A DNA stretch of 64,000 bases from contig JBBDMM010000002.1 in the NCBI GenBank assembly GCA_040878325.1, forward strand, positions 1-64,000, in the 5' to 3' direction. Both the position numbers and the translations under genes were made by a program. The notes beneath the pieces are model-generated. The model was given only the letters and a program-made list of their open reading frames with translations. It was not told the DNA's origin and ran no database searches. Positions 9,219 to 18,122 of the stretch are shown in pieces (within the stretch, counting starts at the first letter, position 1; each line of letters begins with the position of its first letter). Source of the DNA: Acidimicrobiia bacterium. GTDB taxonomy: Bacteria > Actinomycetota > Acidimicrobiia > Spongiisociales > UBA11373.

Positions 9219-10018
9219 GCGTGCGCCAATCGCAGGTAGTCGGTCGGCGCCAGATCCTCGGCCCGCGCGGTGGGATCGAGGCCCGCCGCCGCCAGCGCCG
9301 CATCGGGGTCGGCAATGACGCCCCGTAGGGAGGTGCGGACCATCTTGCGCCGCTGACCGAATGCGCCCGCCGCGATCTCGATCGCTCGCTCGGCGGCCGG
9401 ATCAGCTGGTGTCCGATCGATGACCGCCACGGCCGACTCGACCTTGGGCGCCGGCACGAACAGGTGAGGAGCCACCCGCAGCGCGATGCGGACCGAGCCA
9501 TTGAGGGCGACGATCACCGACGGCAGACCATAGGTCTTCGAGCCTGGTGGCGCTGCCAGTCGCTCCACCGCCTCCCGTTGCAGCATCACCACGAAGTGCA
9601 CCACCCGCGGCACCGAGCGAAGCAATCCGAGAACGATCGGGGTACCCACGTTGTAGGGAAGGTTCGCCACCAGGCTCCATTCACCTGGGGGCAGCGCAGT
9701 ATCGAAGTCGACATCGGCGGCGTCCTCGAACCGGATTTCGGCGCCCTCACCCACGACTTCAGCGAGCACCGGGCGCAGCGCCTCGTCGATCTCATACGCG
9801 ATCACCGTTGCTCCGGTGTCGGCGAGAGCCCGGGTCAACGTCCCGGCTCCCGCGCCGATCTCGACCACCTGGCTCTCCGGCCCGACTCCGGCGATCTCGA
9901 CGATGCGCCGAACGGTGTTCGGCTCGGTCAGGAAATGCTGGCCGAGCGACGGGCGGAGCCTCACCCCGTGCCGTGCGAGAAGTGCCCGGGTAGCCGCCCG
10001 GCCCAATGGATCAGCCAC
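9215..10018 (-). CDS. rsmA: 16S rRNA adenine dimethyltransferase
   Basis: LGQHFL, EIGAGAG, ANLPYNV, PAPKVESA. Confidence 0.96.
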   Translation of the reverse strand: MADPLGRAATRALLARHGVRLRPSLGQHFLTEPNTVRRIVEIAGVGPESQVVEIGAGAGTLTRALADTGATVIAYEIDEALRPVLAEVVGEGAEIRFEDAADVDFDTALPPGEWSLVANLPYNVGTPIVLGLLRSVPRVVHFVVMLQREAVERLAAPPGSKTYGLPSVIVALNGSVRIALRVAPHLFVPAPKVESAVAVIDRTPADPAAERAIEIAAGAFGQRRKMVRTSLRGVIADPDAALAAAGLDPTARAEDLAPTDYLRLAHA

Positions 10019-10760
10019 GAAAGACCCGGGTGGCGGTGGCGGTCGTCATCCGGGCGACCTCCTCCACCGGAACCGCCCACACTGCGGCCAGCGCTTCACC
10101 GACGCGCACCACGTTGGCGGGCTCGTTGGGCGCGCCCCGGTCCGGGGGCGGCGTGAGATATGGCGTGTCGGTTTCGACCATCGTCCGGCCGGGTGGAGCC
10201 ACGGCGGCCGCGAGGCGAATCGTCTGTCCCGTGTCAAAGGTGATCGGTCCGGCGAATGAGAAGGTGACTCCGAGGTCGTCGAAACGGCGGGTCCACCGCG
10301 GTCCCCCGGTCCAGCAATGGAGAACGGCCCGCGGCCCCGCACTGGCCTCGTCGAGGATGTCGTAGACATCGCCGAACGCGTCGCGGCAATGGACGATGAT
10401 CGGCTTGTCGAGCTCCCCCGCCATCCGCACCTGATGGCGGAAGACCGCCCGCTGCTGATCGGGCGGCGAGAGATTGCGGTAGTAGTCGAGTCCGCATTCG
10501 CCGATGGCTGCCGCTCCGGCGGCGAGCGCGGTGATGGCATCCCCGTCGGCGTCCCAGGCGCCGGCATCATGAGGGTGCAGCCCGGCCGTCGAGACGACCA
10601 CGCCGGGGAACGCCGCCGCCAGATCGCGCGACTCAGCCGAGGTGATGGCATCGGTTCCGGGAGACACCACCCAGGTGACCCCGACAGCAGCCGCTCGATC
10701 CAGCAGGGTGGCGGGATCGGCGGTGCTCAACTGCAGGTGGCAGTGGGTATCGACCCACAT
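10011..10760 (-). CDS. tatD: TatD family hydrolase
   Basis: DTHCHL, GLHPH, IGECGLDY, ETDTPY. Confidence 0.95.
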   Translation of the reverse strand: MWVDTHCHLQLSTADPATLLDRAAAVGVTWVVSPGTDAITSAESRDLAAAFPGVVVSTAGLHPHDAGAWDADGDAITALAAGAAAIGECGLDYYRNLSPPDQQRAVFRHQVRMAGELDKPIIVHCRDAFGDVYDILDEASAGPRAVLHCWTGGPRWTRRFDDLGVTFSFAGPITFDTGQTIRLAAAVAPPGRTMVETDTPYLTPPPDRGAPNEPANVVRVGEALAAVWAVPVEEVARMTTATATRVFRG

Positions 10761-10763
10761 CCG

Positions 10764-12272
10764 TCAGACCTCGATGCGAGGAAAGAGCGGCTCACCCTTC
10801 GACACCATCGACTCGGGAAACACTCCGAACACCCCGGTCGTCGCCAGAGGCCCGTCATCCGGTTGCCCGGGGAGCCCGAGCTTCGCCCAGAGACGCCGGG
10901 CGGCACCCGGCATCGAAGGCGAGATCAGCACCGCCCCCACCCGCAGCGCCTCGAGACCCGCATTGAGCACCTCGTCGAGGCGGTCGGCATCATCGATGTG
11001 CCACGGCGCCGTCGCCTCAACGAACACATTCGCCGCCCCGAACAGGCCCCACACTCCATCGAGCGCCTGCTTGGTCTTGATCTCCTCGTACCAGCGCAGC
11101 GACGCCAGGGCATCACCAGCGGCCCCCACCAGCGCCCGCTCCTCGGGCCGGCTGTGATCCGCCCGGGCAACGACCTTCCCGCCCCGAAACTTCTCCACCA
11201 GGTTGAGCACTCGGCTGGCAAGGTTGCCGAGGTCGTTGGCCAGGTCGGCGTTGTACCGCTCGACCATGCCCTCCCACGAGAAGTTGCTATCGGGCCCGAA
11301 CGAGACGTCTCGCAGGAAGTGGTGCCGATAGCCATCGACGCCGAAGGTCTCGACCAACTCTGCGGGGAGGATCTGGGTGGCGTTCGACTTGGAGAGCTTG
11401 GCGCCGCCGACCAGCAGGTGGCCGTGCACCGCCACCTGCCGCGGTAGCGGCAGGCCGGCCGACATCAGCATCGCCGGCCAGTAGACCGCATGGAAGCGAA
11501 CGATGTCCTTGCCAATCAGGTGTGCCCACGCCGGCCACTGGCGGGCGAATCGTTCTGGATCATCGGAGTACCCCGCGGCCGTCACGTAGTTGATGAGGGC
11601 GTCGAACCAGACATACGACACGTGGCTCTCATCCCACGGCAAGGGGATACCCCACTGGAGCGAGGCGCGGCTGATCGACACGTCGTCGAGGCCTTGGTCG
11701 ATGAACCCCACCACCTCGTTGCGCCGGGTCTCGGGGACGATGAAGTCGGGGTTGGCGGCAATGTGATCGAGCAACGGCTGGGCGTACTTGGACAGCCGGA
11801 AGAACCAGTTCTCCTCGGCGTGGATCTCGACGGGCTGGCCATGCCACGGGCAATTGCCGTCGATGAGGTCACCCTCGGTGTAGTACGCCTCGCACCGAAC
11901 GCAGTAGAGGCCCTCATAGCTGCCGAGGTAGGTGTCACCGGCGTCATGCCAACGCCGGAAGATCGACTGGACCGTGGCCTTGTGGCGGTCCTCGGTGGTG
12001 CGGATGAAGTCGTCGAAGCTCATATCGAGCAGCTCCCACGCCTCCCCGAAGCGCTCGACGATCTCGTCGACCCACGCCTGGGGCGTCATCCCCCGGGACT
12101 CCGCTTCCCGGGCGATCTTCAGACCGTGCTCATCGGTACCGGTGACCGAATACACCTCCTCCCCGACCAGACGCCAGTACCTGGCGACGGCGTCGGTGAC
12201 CAGCGTGGTGTAGGCCGTACCGATGTGGGGCCGATCGTTTGGGTAGTAGATGGGGGTGGTGAGGTAGATCAT
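10764..12272 (-). CDS. metG: Methionine--tRNA ligase
   Basis: TTPIYY, HIGT, GTDEHG, YVWFDAL, KLSKS. Confidence 0.97.
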   Translation of the reverse strand: MIYLTTPIYYPNDRPHIGTAYTTLVTDAVARYWRLVGEEVYSVTGTDEHGLKIAREAESRGMTPQAWVDEIVERFGEAWELLDMSFDDFIRTTEDRHKATVQSIFRRWHDAGDTYLGSYEGLYCVRCEAYYTEGDLIDGNCPWHGQPVEIHAEENWFFRLSKYAQPLLDHIAANPDFIVPETRRNEVVGFIDQGLDDVSISRASLQWGIPLPWDESHVSYVWFDALINYVTAAGYSDDPERFARQWPAWAHLIGKDIVRFHAVYWPAMLMSAGLPLPRQVAVHGHLLVGGAKLSKSNATQILPAELVETFGVDGYRHHFLRDVSFGPDSNFSWEGMVERYNADLANDLGNLASRVLNLVEKFRGGKVVARADHSRPEERALVGAAGDALASLRWYEEIKTKQALDGVWGLFGAANVFVEATAPWHIDDADRLDEVLNAGLEALRVGAVLISPSMPGAARRLWAKLGLPGQPDDGPLATTGVFGVFPESMVSKGEPLFPRIEV

Positions 12273-12403
12273 GGGGTTCGATCAGGGTAGTGGTGGGTAT
12301 GTCCACGAACCGATAGGGAAGGCGGTTATCGGCTAATGTCCGGCGGCGAAAAGCCGACTCTCTGGACAAGCGTCGGCAAACCCTGCAGCGTCTTGGAGGT
12401 CGA

Positions 12404-12664
12404 ATGAACACTGGCATCGTGCGGAAGATCGATGACCTTGGGCGGGTCGTCATTCCGGCCGAGATGCGCCGAAGCCTCGGCGTGCAAGAAGGGGATCAGC
12501 TGGAGATCGTGCTCGCAGGCGATCACATCGAGATCCGCCCCCGGATCCCCACCCTGGTTCACCAATTCACCATGTCCGAGGCCGCCCGGGTCAACATCGG
12601 CGGTTCGGCGGTCGAGCTCGATCAGGGCGAGTACGTCGTCCAACGGATCGGGCGTAAGCGCTAA
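12404..12664 (+). CDS. AbrB/MazE/SpoVT family DNA-binding protein
   Basis: TGIVRKIDDLGRVVIP; GGAGG RBS. Confidence 0.9.
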   Translation: MNTGIVRKIDDLGRVVIPAEMRRSLGVQEGDQLEIVLAGDHIEIRPRIPTLVHQFTMSEAARVNIGGSAVELDQGEYVVQRIGRKR

Positions 12665-12668
12665 CGCG

Positions 12669-13547
12669 TCAGGGAGTCGCCGCCGGCCCGCGCGGATCTT
12701 CACGGCTGCGCGGCCTGCGACCAGATTCCGGGCCGATGATCCGCTCGTAGAGCTCACGACGGGACACGCCGTGCTCCTCCGCCACCCGTCTCACCGCGCG
12801 ACTCGGGCTCAACCCACCGGCCACGAGCGCCTCTGCGGCCGACACCGCCCCGGCAATGTCGGCCGGCGGCGGGGCTGACGGCCCCAGCACAACAGTGACC
12901 TCGCCCTTCACGTCGCGCTCACCCCAATACCGGGCACCGTCGGCCAGGGTGCCCCGCCAGACCTCTTCGTACAGCTTGGTCATCTCCCGGCACACCGCGC
13001 ACGCCCGGACCGAACCGTGCGCGGCCGCCAGGTCCCGCAGATCGTCGGCGAGCCGCCCCGGCGACGCGAACAACACGACGGTCCGCTCCTCTCGGGCGAT
13101 GTCGGCAATGCGCTCGGAACGCTCCTTGCCGCGTCGCGGCAGGAAGCCCTCGAATACGAACCGATCGGCGGGGAGTCCAGAGAGGGCCAGCGCCAGGGTC
13201 ACCGCGCTGGGGCCAGGGATGCCGGTCACCTTGGCGCCCACCTCGATTGCCGCCCGGACCGCAGACAATCCCGGGTCGGCGATGCCGGGGGTCCCGGCAT
13301 CGCTCAGCAGAGCGACCGTCTCTCCGTTGATCAGTCGCAAGGCGATCTCCGCTGCACGCTCCGCCTCGTTGCCGACGAAATAGGAGCGGGTCGGCACCTT
13401 CACCCCGAGATGGTCGAGCAGCGTGCGAGCCCGCCGGGTGTCTTCGGCGTAGACGATCGTTGCCGAGGCGAGCGCCTGCGCCAACCGGGGAGGAGCATCG
13501 GCGAGATTCCCGATCGGGCCCGCGCAGAGGATGAGGGTGCCGGGCAT
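12669..13547 (-). CDS. rsmI: 16S rRNA C1402 2'-O-methyltransferase
   Basis: PIGNL, AEDTR, SDAGTPGIADPG, FEGFLP, REMTKLYEE. Confidence 0.95.
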   Translation of the reverse strand: MPGTLILCAGPIGNLADAPPRLAQALASATIVYAEDTRRARTLLDHLGVKVPTRSYFVGNEAERAAEIALRLINGETVALLSDAGTPGIADPGLSAVRAAIEVGAKVTGIPGPSAVTLALALSGLPADRFVFEGFLPRRGKERSERIADIAREERTVVLFASPGRLADDLRDLAAAHGSVRACAVCREMTKLYEEVWRGTLADGARYWGERDVKGEVTVVLGPSAPPPADIAGAVSAAEALVAGGLSPSRAVRRVAEEHGVSRRELYERIIGPESGRRPRSREDPRGPAATP

Positions 13548-13569
13548 GGGGTGAGGGTACCGAGAAGAG

Positions 13570-13662
13570 CCAACAGCCAGCAGCCGCCAGCCAAGAATCA
13601 AGAATCAAGAGTCAAGAATCAAGAGCAAGAATCAAGAGCAAGAATCAAGAGCGAGAATCAAG
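13570..13662. repeat. Heptamer arrays (GCCAGCA-like, then AAGAATC/AAGAGTC/AAGAGC)
   Basis: Second array is the reverse complement type of the 1-55 repeat; overlaps the end of the DUF192 ORF. Confidence 0.92.
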
Positions 13663-13997
13663 AGGCGAGTTCCCGCTTTCGGAAGAGGGTGCGGTGCGAC
13701 TTCCAGCATCCAGCGCGCCCCTTTCGCGAAGAACACCCGGTGGGGCGGTACGACGGCGGCACGGGTGACGATCCCTTCGCCGCTCAGGGCCACCACGCCG
13801 ATCGGGGCGTGCATCCCGAAGGTGTGGATCGAACGGGTGCGCAACAGCGCTCCAATGGGGCCGGGCCCGGGCCGCAGACCCAGCCGACGGGCCCGGTGGG
13901 TGTTCAGGAGCGCAACCGGGCCAGAGGACCAGCCCTCGGGGGTGGTGACCTCCAGCAAATCGGGACAGGGGCGACGAGCGACGGGCACGGCACACAA
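13632..13997 (-). CDS. DUF192 family protein
   Basis: RRLGL, SIHTFGM, WMLEV pattern; start uncertain. Confidence 0.7.
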   Translation of the reverse strand: MCAVPVARRPCPDLLEVTTPEGWSSGPVALLNTHRARRLGLRPGPGPIGALLRTRSIHTFGMHAPIGVVALSGEGIVTRAAVVPPHRVFFAKGARWMLEVAPHPLPKAGTRLLILALDSCS

Positions 13998-14055
13998 TCT
14001 GACATCTGGAGACTCCAGAGGTAAGGTTCCCAGCCCTTCCCTCTGAGGTTTTCAC

Positions 14056-14142
14056 ATGGCAAAAGCCAAGCGCCGCAAGATCATGGCCCGTCGCAAGAAG
14101 GCCAATCACGGCCGTCGACCCAACGCCGGCCGGGGCCAGTAG
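14056..14142 (+). CDS. 50S ribosomal protein bL37-like, 28 aa
   Basis: MAKAKRRKIMARRKKANHGRRPNAGRGQ matches the KANHG(K/R)RPN signature; below ORF-track cutoff. Confidence 0.88.
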   Translation: MAKAKRRKIMARRKKANHGRRPNAGRGQ

Positions 14143-14242
14143 CAGCCCTAGGTCGCAGGCGGCAGGTCGCAGGTAGCAGCGCCGAGCGGTCGGCCGACCT
14201 CTCGTCGCTCATCTCTCAAGGCCACGAGTGGCCTGGACGCGG

Positions 14243-14267
14243 CTGAGGGGCCCGGAGGGCCCCTCAG
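14243..14267. terminator. 11-bp GC hairpin between convergent genes
   Basis: CTGAGGGGCCC-gga-GGGCCCCTCAG. Confidence 0.65.
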
Positions 14268-14286
14268 AACGATCGACTATCTGGTG

Positions 14287-14520
14287 TTACCCGGTGTTGC
14301 TCGAACCGCTGCCCCCACCGCCCATGCCCGGCATCTGCAGGCCGGCTTCCTTCACTGCCCGGAACGCCCCGTATGTGACCAGCGCCGAGGCGATGATCCC
14401 CAGGTAGAGGCCGAAACCGGCGAAGTCCGACTCCGTGACGAAGCGGAGGACGATCAGGATGAACCCGATCCCGCCGACAAGAGCCAACTTGACTCCCATA
14501 GAGAGTTTGCTGAATTCCAT
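14287..14520 (-). CDS. Small two-TM membrane protein
   Basis: 77-aa ORF, GGGGGA RBS, two hydrophobic segments. Confidence 0.7.
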   Translation of the reverse strand: MEFSKLSMGVKLALVGGIGFILIVLRFVTESDFAGFGLYLGIIASALVTYGAFRAVKEAGLQMPGMGGGGSGSSNTG

Positions 14521-14591
14521 AGTCCCCCGATCTCCTTAATCCGATGTGACGGGCATTGTGGCACCCGCCACCCATCGTGTCACCTGGCCTA

Positions 14592-14684
14592 AGAGCGCGC
14601 GCCAATAGGTCGCTGGTTCTATCAGGTGTCGGCTTGCGGGAAGCCGACACCTGATCCCGGGGCGAGCCTATTGGCGCGCGCTCT
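14592..14684. repeat. 93-bp structured palindrome, copy B
   Basis: Minus strand aligns without gaps to copy A (3905-3997) with compensatory changes. Confidence 0.9.
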
Positions 14685-15957
14685 ACGGGAGGGCTCCCCC
14701 GCTGCGGAGAGACTCGACCAGGGAAATACCGGAATTGCGATCGAAGGCGCCCACGAACAGCACTCGCTGGCCGGACCGTTCGACATACGCGTAGGCCGAG
14801 CCGCCCGGGAACGTAGTGACATCTCCGCCCTGCGGAGATCCGACGTCCATACGCGCCGCCACGGAATCGATCAGGTACTCGGCGAACTCCTCGGCATCAC
14901 GCGGCGTGTCACCCTCGTACAGGTAGGCGAACAACAGGTCGGTGCCGTTCCAATAGAGCCGATACTGGTCGCCGCCCCAACCCCCCGCGCCGACCACCGC
15001 GTTGCCCCGGCTCACCCCGTCGAGCAGGTAGAGCATGAGGTTCCACTCGCCGAAGATGCCCTCTTCGAACACCTCATAGCCCGCCACCTCGGCGGCGGGC
15101 AGGCTGACCTCGCGGGCCGGCTCCTGGGCGAAGTACTTCTCGGGGTGAAGAATCTGCTCGGTGGTTGTCGGCGGCCTCTCATATGCCTGGTTCACGCCGA
15201 CGATGCCGTGCTCCTGCACCAGCCGGGAGACGAAACCGAAGCCGGAGTCATAGGGGAACGTGAGGTCTTCCGCGAACCACGCGGGCAGCGAGTCGATCAC
15301 GGCCGTGTCGACACCGAGAGACTCCTGGATGGCATCCAACTGCTCGTCGACCGGGAGTTCCTGCATGTAGATGAGCTGGTAGTAGGTGGCGTCGCCTTCG
15401 ACCAGCGCCTGCAGCGCAACCGCTTCCTCGAACTGCTTGGCGTCGACCAGGGCGGTCGAGCGGTCGTCGAAGCCGTAGTGCTGATCGGTGAGAGCGTGGA
15501 TCAACTCGTGGACAACAATCGTCTTGGAAAGCGCGCTGAGGCCCGAACCCCCCGCCGAGACGACCATCTCGCCGGTATCGCCGTCGTAGAACCCGCCAAC
15601 CTGCTCGGCGTAAAGGTCCCGATAGGCCTGGCCCAGGTCCACCGTGCCGTCGAGCAGACCGAGTAGCTCATAGAGGCGCTGGAGGACCGCCACCTCCTCC
15701 GGGTCGAGATCTTCCTCGATCTGAAGCCTGACCCGTTCCGCCAGCTCTGCCTGTGTGACGACTGTGACGGTCGGCTCGTCGAAGAACTCGAGGCCGCGCA
15801 CCCGCTCGGCCTCGGCCACCAACGCGGCGATCTCTCCATCCACCCCTCTCGGAGCGAGGGTGCTGGTGGGTCCGGTGGTGGAGGAGGGAGTCGCGTCATC
15901 ACCACATGCGCCCGCGACGAGGGCGAGCACCATGAGAAGCGGGAAAAGACGGCGCAT
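14683..15957 (-). CDS. Lipoprotein, putative zinc metallopeptidase
   Basis: Lipobox AGAC; HELIH plus ALVEGDAT motif. Confidence 0.75.
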   Translation of the reverse strand: MRRLFPLLMVLALVAGACGDDATPSSTTGPTSTLAPRGVDGEIAALVAEAERVRGLEFFDEPTVTVVTQAELAERVRLQIEEDLDPEEVAVLQRLYELLGLLDGTVDLGQAYRDLYAEQVGGFYDGDTGEMVVSAGGSGLSALSKTIVVHELIHALTDQHYGFDDRSTALVDAKQFEEAVALQALVEGDATYYQLIYMQELPVDEQLDAIQESLGVDTAVIDSLPAWFAEDLTFPYDSGFGFVSRLVQEHGIVGVNQAYERPPTTTEQILHPEKYFAQEPAREVSLPAAEVAGYEVFEEGIFGEWNLMLYLLDGVSRGNAVVGAGGWGGDQYRLYWNGTDLLFAYLYEGDTPRDAEEFAEYLIDSVAARMDVGSPQGGDVTTFPGGSAYAYVERSGQRVLFVGAFDRNSGISLVESLRSGGALP

Positions 15958-16019
15958 CGGGCAAGAGTAGGGCCGATCTCCGCGAAGTCTTGCCCCTCGC
16001 CACCACCTACCGTGGCCCG

Positions 16020-16607
16020 ATGTCCGACCGCCGTGTCGAACGACGCGCCGTCGTTCTCGAATGGCTCACCGTCGCCTGGAACTCGGGCGAGGTCGTGGTC
16101 ACGCTCATATTGGGGATCGCAGCACGCTCGCTCGCCCTGGTGGCGTTCGGCCTCGACGCCGTGGTCGAGGTGTTCGCCTCGGTCGTGGTGGTCTGGCACC
16201 TGACGCGGGACCGCACCGAGGCCCGCAACAACCGGAAGGCCCTTCGGCTCGTGGCTGTGGCATTCGCGGCGCTTGCTGCACTCCTCACGGTGGGTGCCAT
16301 CGTTGCCCTCGCCTCCGAGCACCGGGCCGACGAGTCACCTATCGGCATCATCTATCTGGCGGCGACCGCAGTCGTGATGTTCGGACTGGCGCTCGCAAAA
16401 CGCAGGGCGGCAGTGGGCTTGGGCTCCCAACCACTGGCGGCGGAGGCGACCCTGACCATGCTCGACGGGGTACTGGCGACGAGCATTCTGCTGGCGCTCG
16501 CCGCCAACGCCGTCCTCGGCTGGTGGTGGGCCGATCCGGTCGCCACCCTCCTCGTCGCTCTGGTGGCCGCCGAAGAGGCCCGCAACAACTGGAACGACGC
16601 CGGCTGA
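16020..16607 (+). CDS. Cation transporter, CDF-like transmembrane domain
   Basis: SLALVAFGLD, GWWWADP; multiple TM helices. Confidence 0.8.
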   Translation: MSDRRVERRAVVLEWLTVAWNSGEVVVTLILGIAARSLALVAFGLDAVVEVFASVVVVWHLTRDRTEARNNRKALRLVAVAFAALAALLTVGAIVALASEHRADESPIGIIYLAATAVVMFGLALAKRRAAVGLGSQPLAAEATLTMLDGVLATSILLALAANAVLGWWWADPVATLLVALVAAEEARNNWNDAG

Positions 16608-16681
16608 CCCTGCCGAACTCCCCTATCGGTGATCGTCGAATGGCGGGATGCTGGGCCTGATCCAAACGCGAAGGAGCACTC

Positions 16682-17035
16682 ATGGACATCCCCGCGGTTC
16701 CTCCGCCGTGTACCGATCGTGACCTCCTGCCGCCCCCAGTGCTCGACGACGTCCAGTTGGCCCTGATCGGCAAGGCACTAGCCCACCCGGAGCGGGTACG
16801 GATACTTCGCCAATTCACCGGCCGCACCCCTCAAATGGTCCAGGAGGTCGCCGAGGGGAGCGACCTTGCCCCCTCCACCGTCTCGGAACACCTGCGGATC
16901 CTGCGCGAAGCCGGAGTGCTCTTCGTGCGCGAGGACGGGCCTCGACACTGGTACTGCTTGCGTCGTTCCCACCTGAGCGAATACGCCCAAGCCGTCGAGG
17001 AGCTGACGCGGTCCCACGAACTTGTCCACAGGTAG
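16682..17035 (+). CDS. ArsR/SmtB family transcriptional regulator
   Basis: KALAHPERVRIL, STVSEHLRILREAG; AAGGAG RBS. Confidence 0.9.
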   Translation: MDIPAVPPPCTDRDLLPPPVLDDVQLALIGKALAHPERVRILRQFTGRTPQMVQEVAEGSDLAPSTVSEHLRILREAGVLFVREDGPRHWYCLRRSHLSEYAQAVEELTRSHELVHR

Positions 17036-17220
17036 CCCTGGACTGTTCACGGCCTTTTGAGCCCGCTTCGTGGGGGTTCGCGTTTGGTCCCTCTTCGTTG
17101 TCGGGTATCACTCCGTCGGGTATCACTCCCTTCGTAAAGGGCCTTCGGCCCTCCCAGAACAGGTGTGACTTTCGTCTCTATCGACCTTCGACGAAATGCG
17201 AGATATTGACGGTGACCTGC

Positions 17221-17238
17221 TTGTGAAAAGTTTCACAA
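17221..17238. promoter_or_regulatory. Palindromic operator TTGTGAA-AAGT-TTCACAA (Rex consensus; also fits CRP)
   Basis: Perfect match, just downstream of TTGACG and upstream of the gene at 17271. Confidence 0.75.
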
Positions 17239-17270
17239 AGCAGCGGAGCAGAGAAATCAGGAGCAAGAAG

Positions 17271-17993
17271 ATGATGTCGAAAAGACTCAGAACCCTCGGG
17301 ATCGTGTTGATGGTGATGGGCCTTGGGCTCGTCGTCGCCGGCGGAGTCGCCTTCCTCAAGGTGCAGGCCGGGTACGACTCGCTGCAGGCGTTCAGCGCAG
17401 AACAGAACGTGACGCTCGCCTACAACGAGGACGGGCAACTCACCGACAGGGGCACCACAGAGGGGGCTGCGGCCATCATGGCCCTGCTCACCGAGGACTG
17501 GAATTACCCCGTGGTTGGGTCCGACCTGGATCCCAATGATCCGCTCGTGGACACCGCCACCGAGTACATGTACCAGATGGCGGTGATCACCTACCACACC
17601 CTTCACGGGACCCAGATCGTGACCCTCACCGAAGACGCCGAGTTCAACGGCGAACTCTTCGCAGCCGGCACCTACGAGGTGCCCATCGACGGGCGCTACT
17701 GGACCGACTTCAACCGCAGCCACCCCCTCGACGCCATTGCACGTGAGAAGGCGTGGACCGGCACGGCGCACGGCCTCATCGCCGAACTCGGCGTCGGGAC
17801 CGTCACCCATTCCGCCCTCCAGATGGGCCTTGCCCTCGCCGGCGCCTTCGCCGCCATGGGGCTGTTGGGCCTGCTGGCCGGCGGTGGGATGGTCTGGGTG
17901 AGCAGGGGCGGTCTCATCGAGGCGCCGAGCGATCGCAAGATCCGCAAGGAAGTCTCGACCGAGGTCACCCATCCGGAGCTCATCGAAGCCTGA
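17271..17993 (+). CDS. Hypothetical membrane protein (N- and C-terminal TM)
   Basis: AGGAG RBS; followed by hairpin. Confidence 0.8.
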   Translation: MMSKRLRTLGIVLMVMGLGLVVAGGVAFLKVQAGYDSLQAFSAEQNVTLAYNEDGQLTDRGTTEGAAAIMALLTEDWNYPVVGSDLDPNDPLVDTATEYMYQMAVITYHTLHGTQIVTLTEDAEFNGELFAAGTYEVPIDGRYWTDFNRSHPLDAIAREKAWTGTAHGLIAELGVGTVTHSALQMGLALAGAFAAMGLLGLLAGGGMVWVSRGGLIEAPSDRKIRKEVSTEVTHPELIEA

Positions 17994-18006
17994 GAAGGCT
18001 GCTCCA

Positions 18007-18036
18007 GGGAAGGGCCCCCTTCGGGGGGCCCTTCCC
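18007..18036 (+). terminator. 13-bp hairpin with TTCG loop
   Basis: GGGAAGGGCCCCC-ttcg-GGGGGCCCTTCCC. Confidence 0.75.
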
Positions 18037-18122
18037 GTTCCACTGCTCTGCTGATCCGTCGGCAACGACCAACACCCCCGATCGGTAGGGTTGTGGCATA
18101 ACCTGACAGGAGGAGACCGGAC

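Noticed and set aside
7695..9239. 514-aa plus-strand ORF
   Set aside because: Antisense shadow across glmU, the tRNA array and ispE; low-complexity translation
12273..12403. T-box or SAM riboswitch upstream of metG
   Set aside because: Spacer is short, has no T-box or S-box core, and a -10-like box sits close to the start
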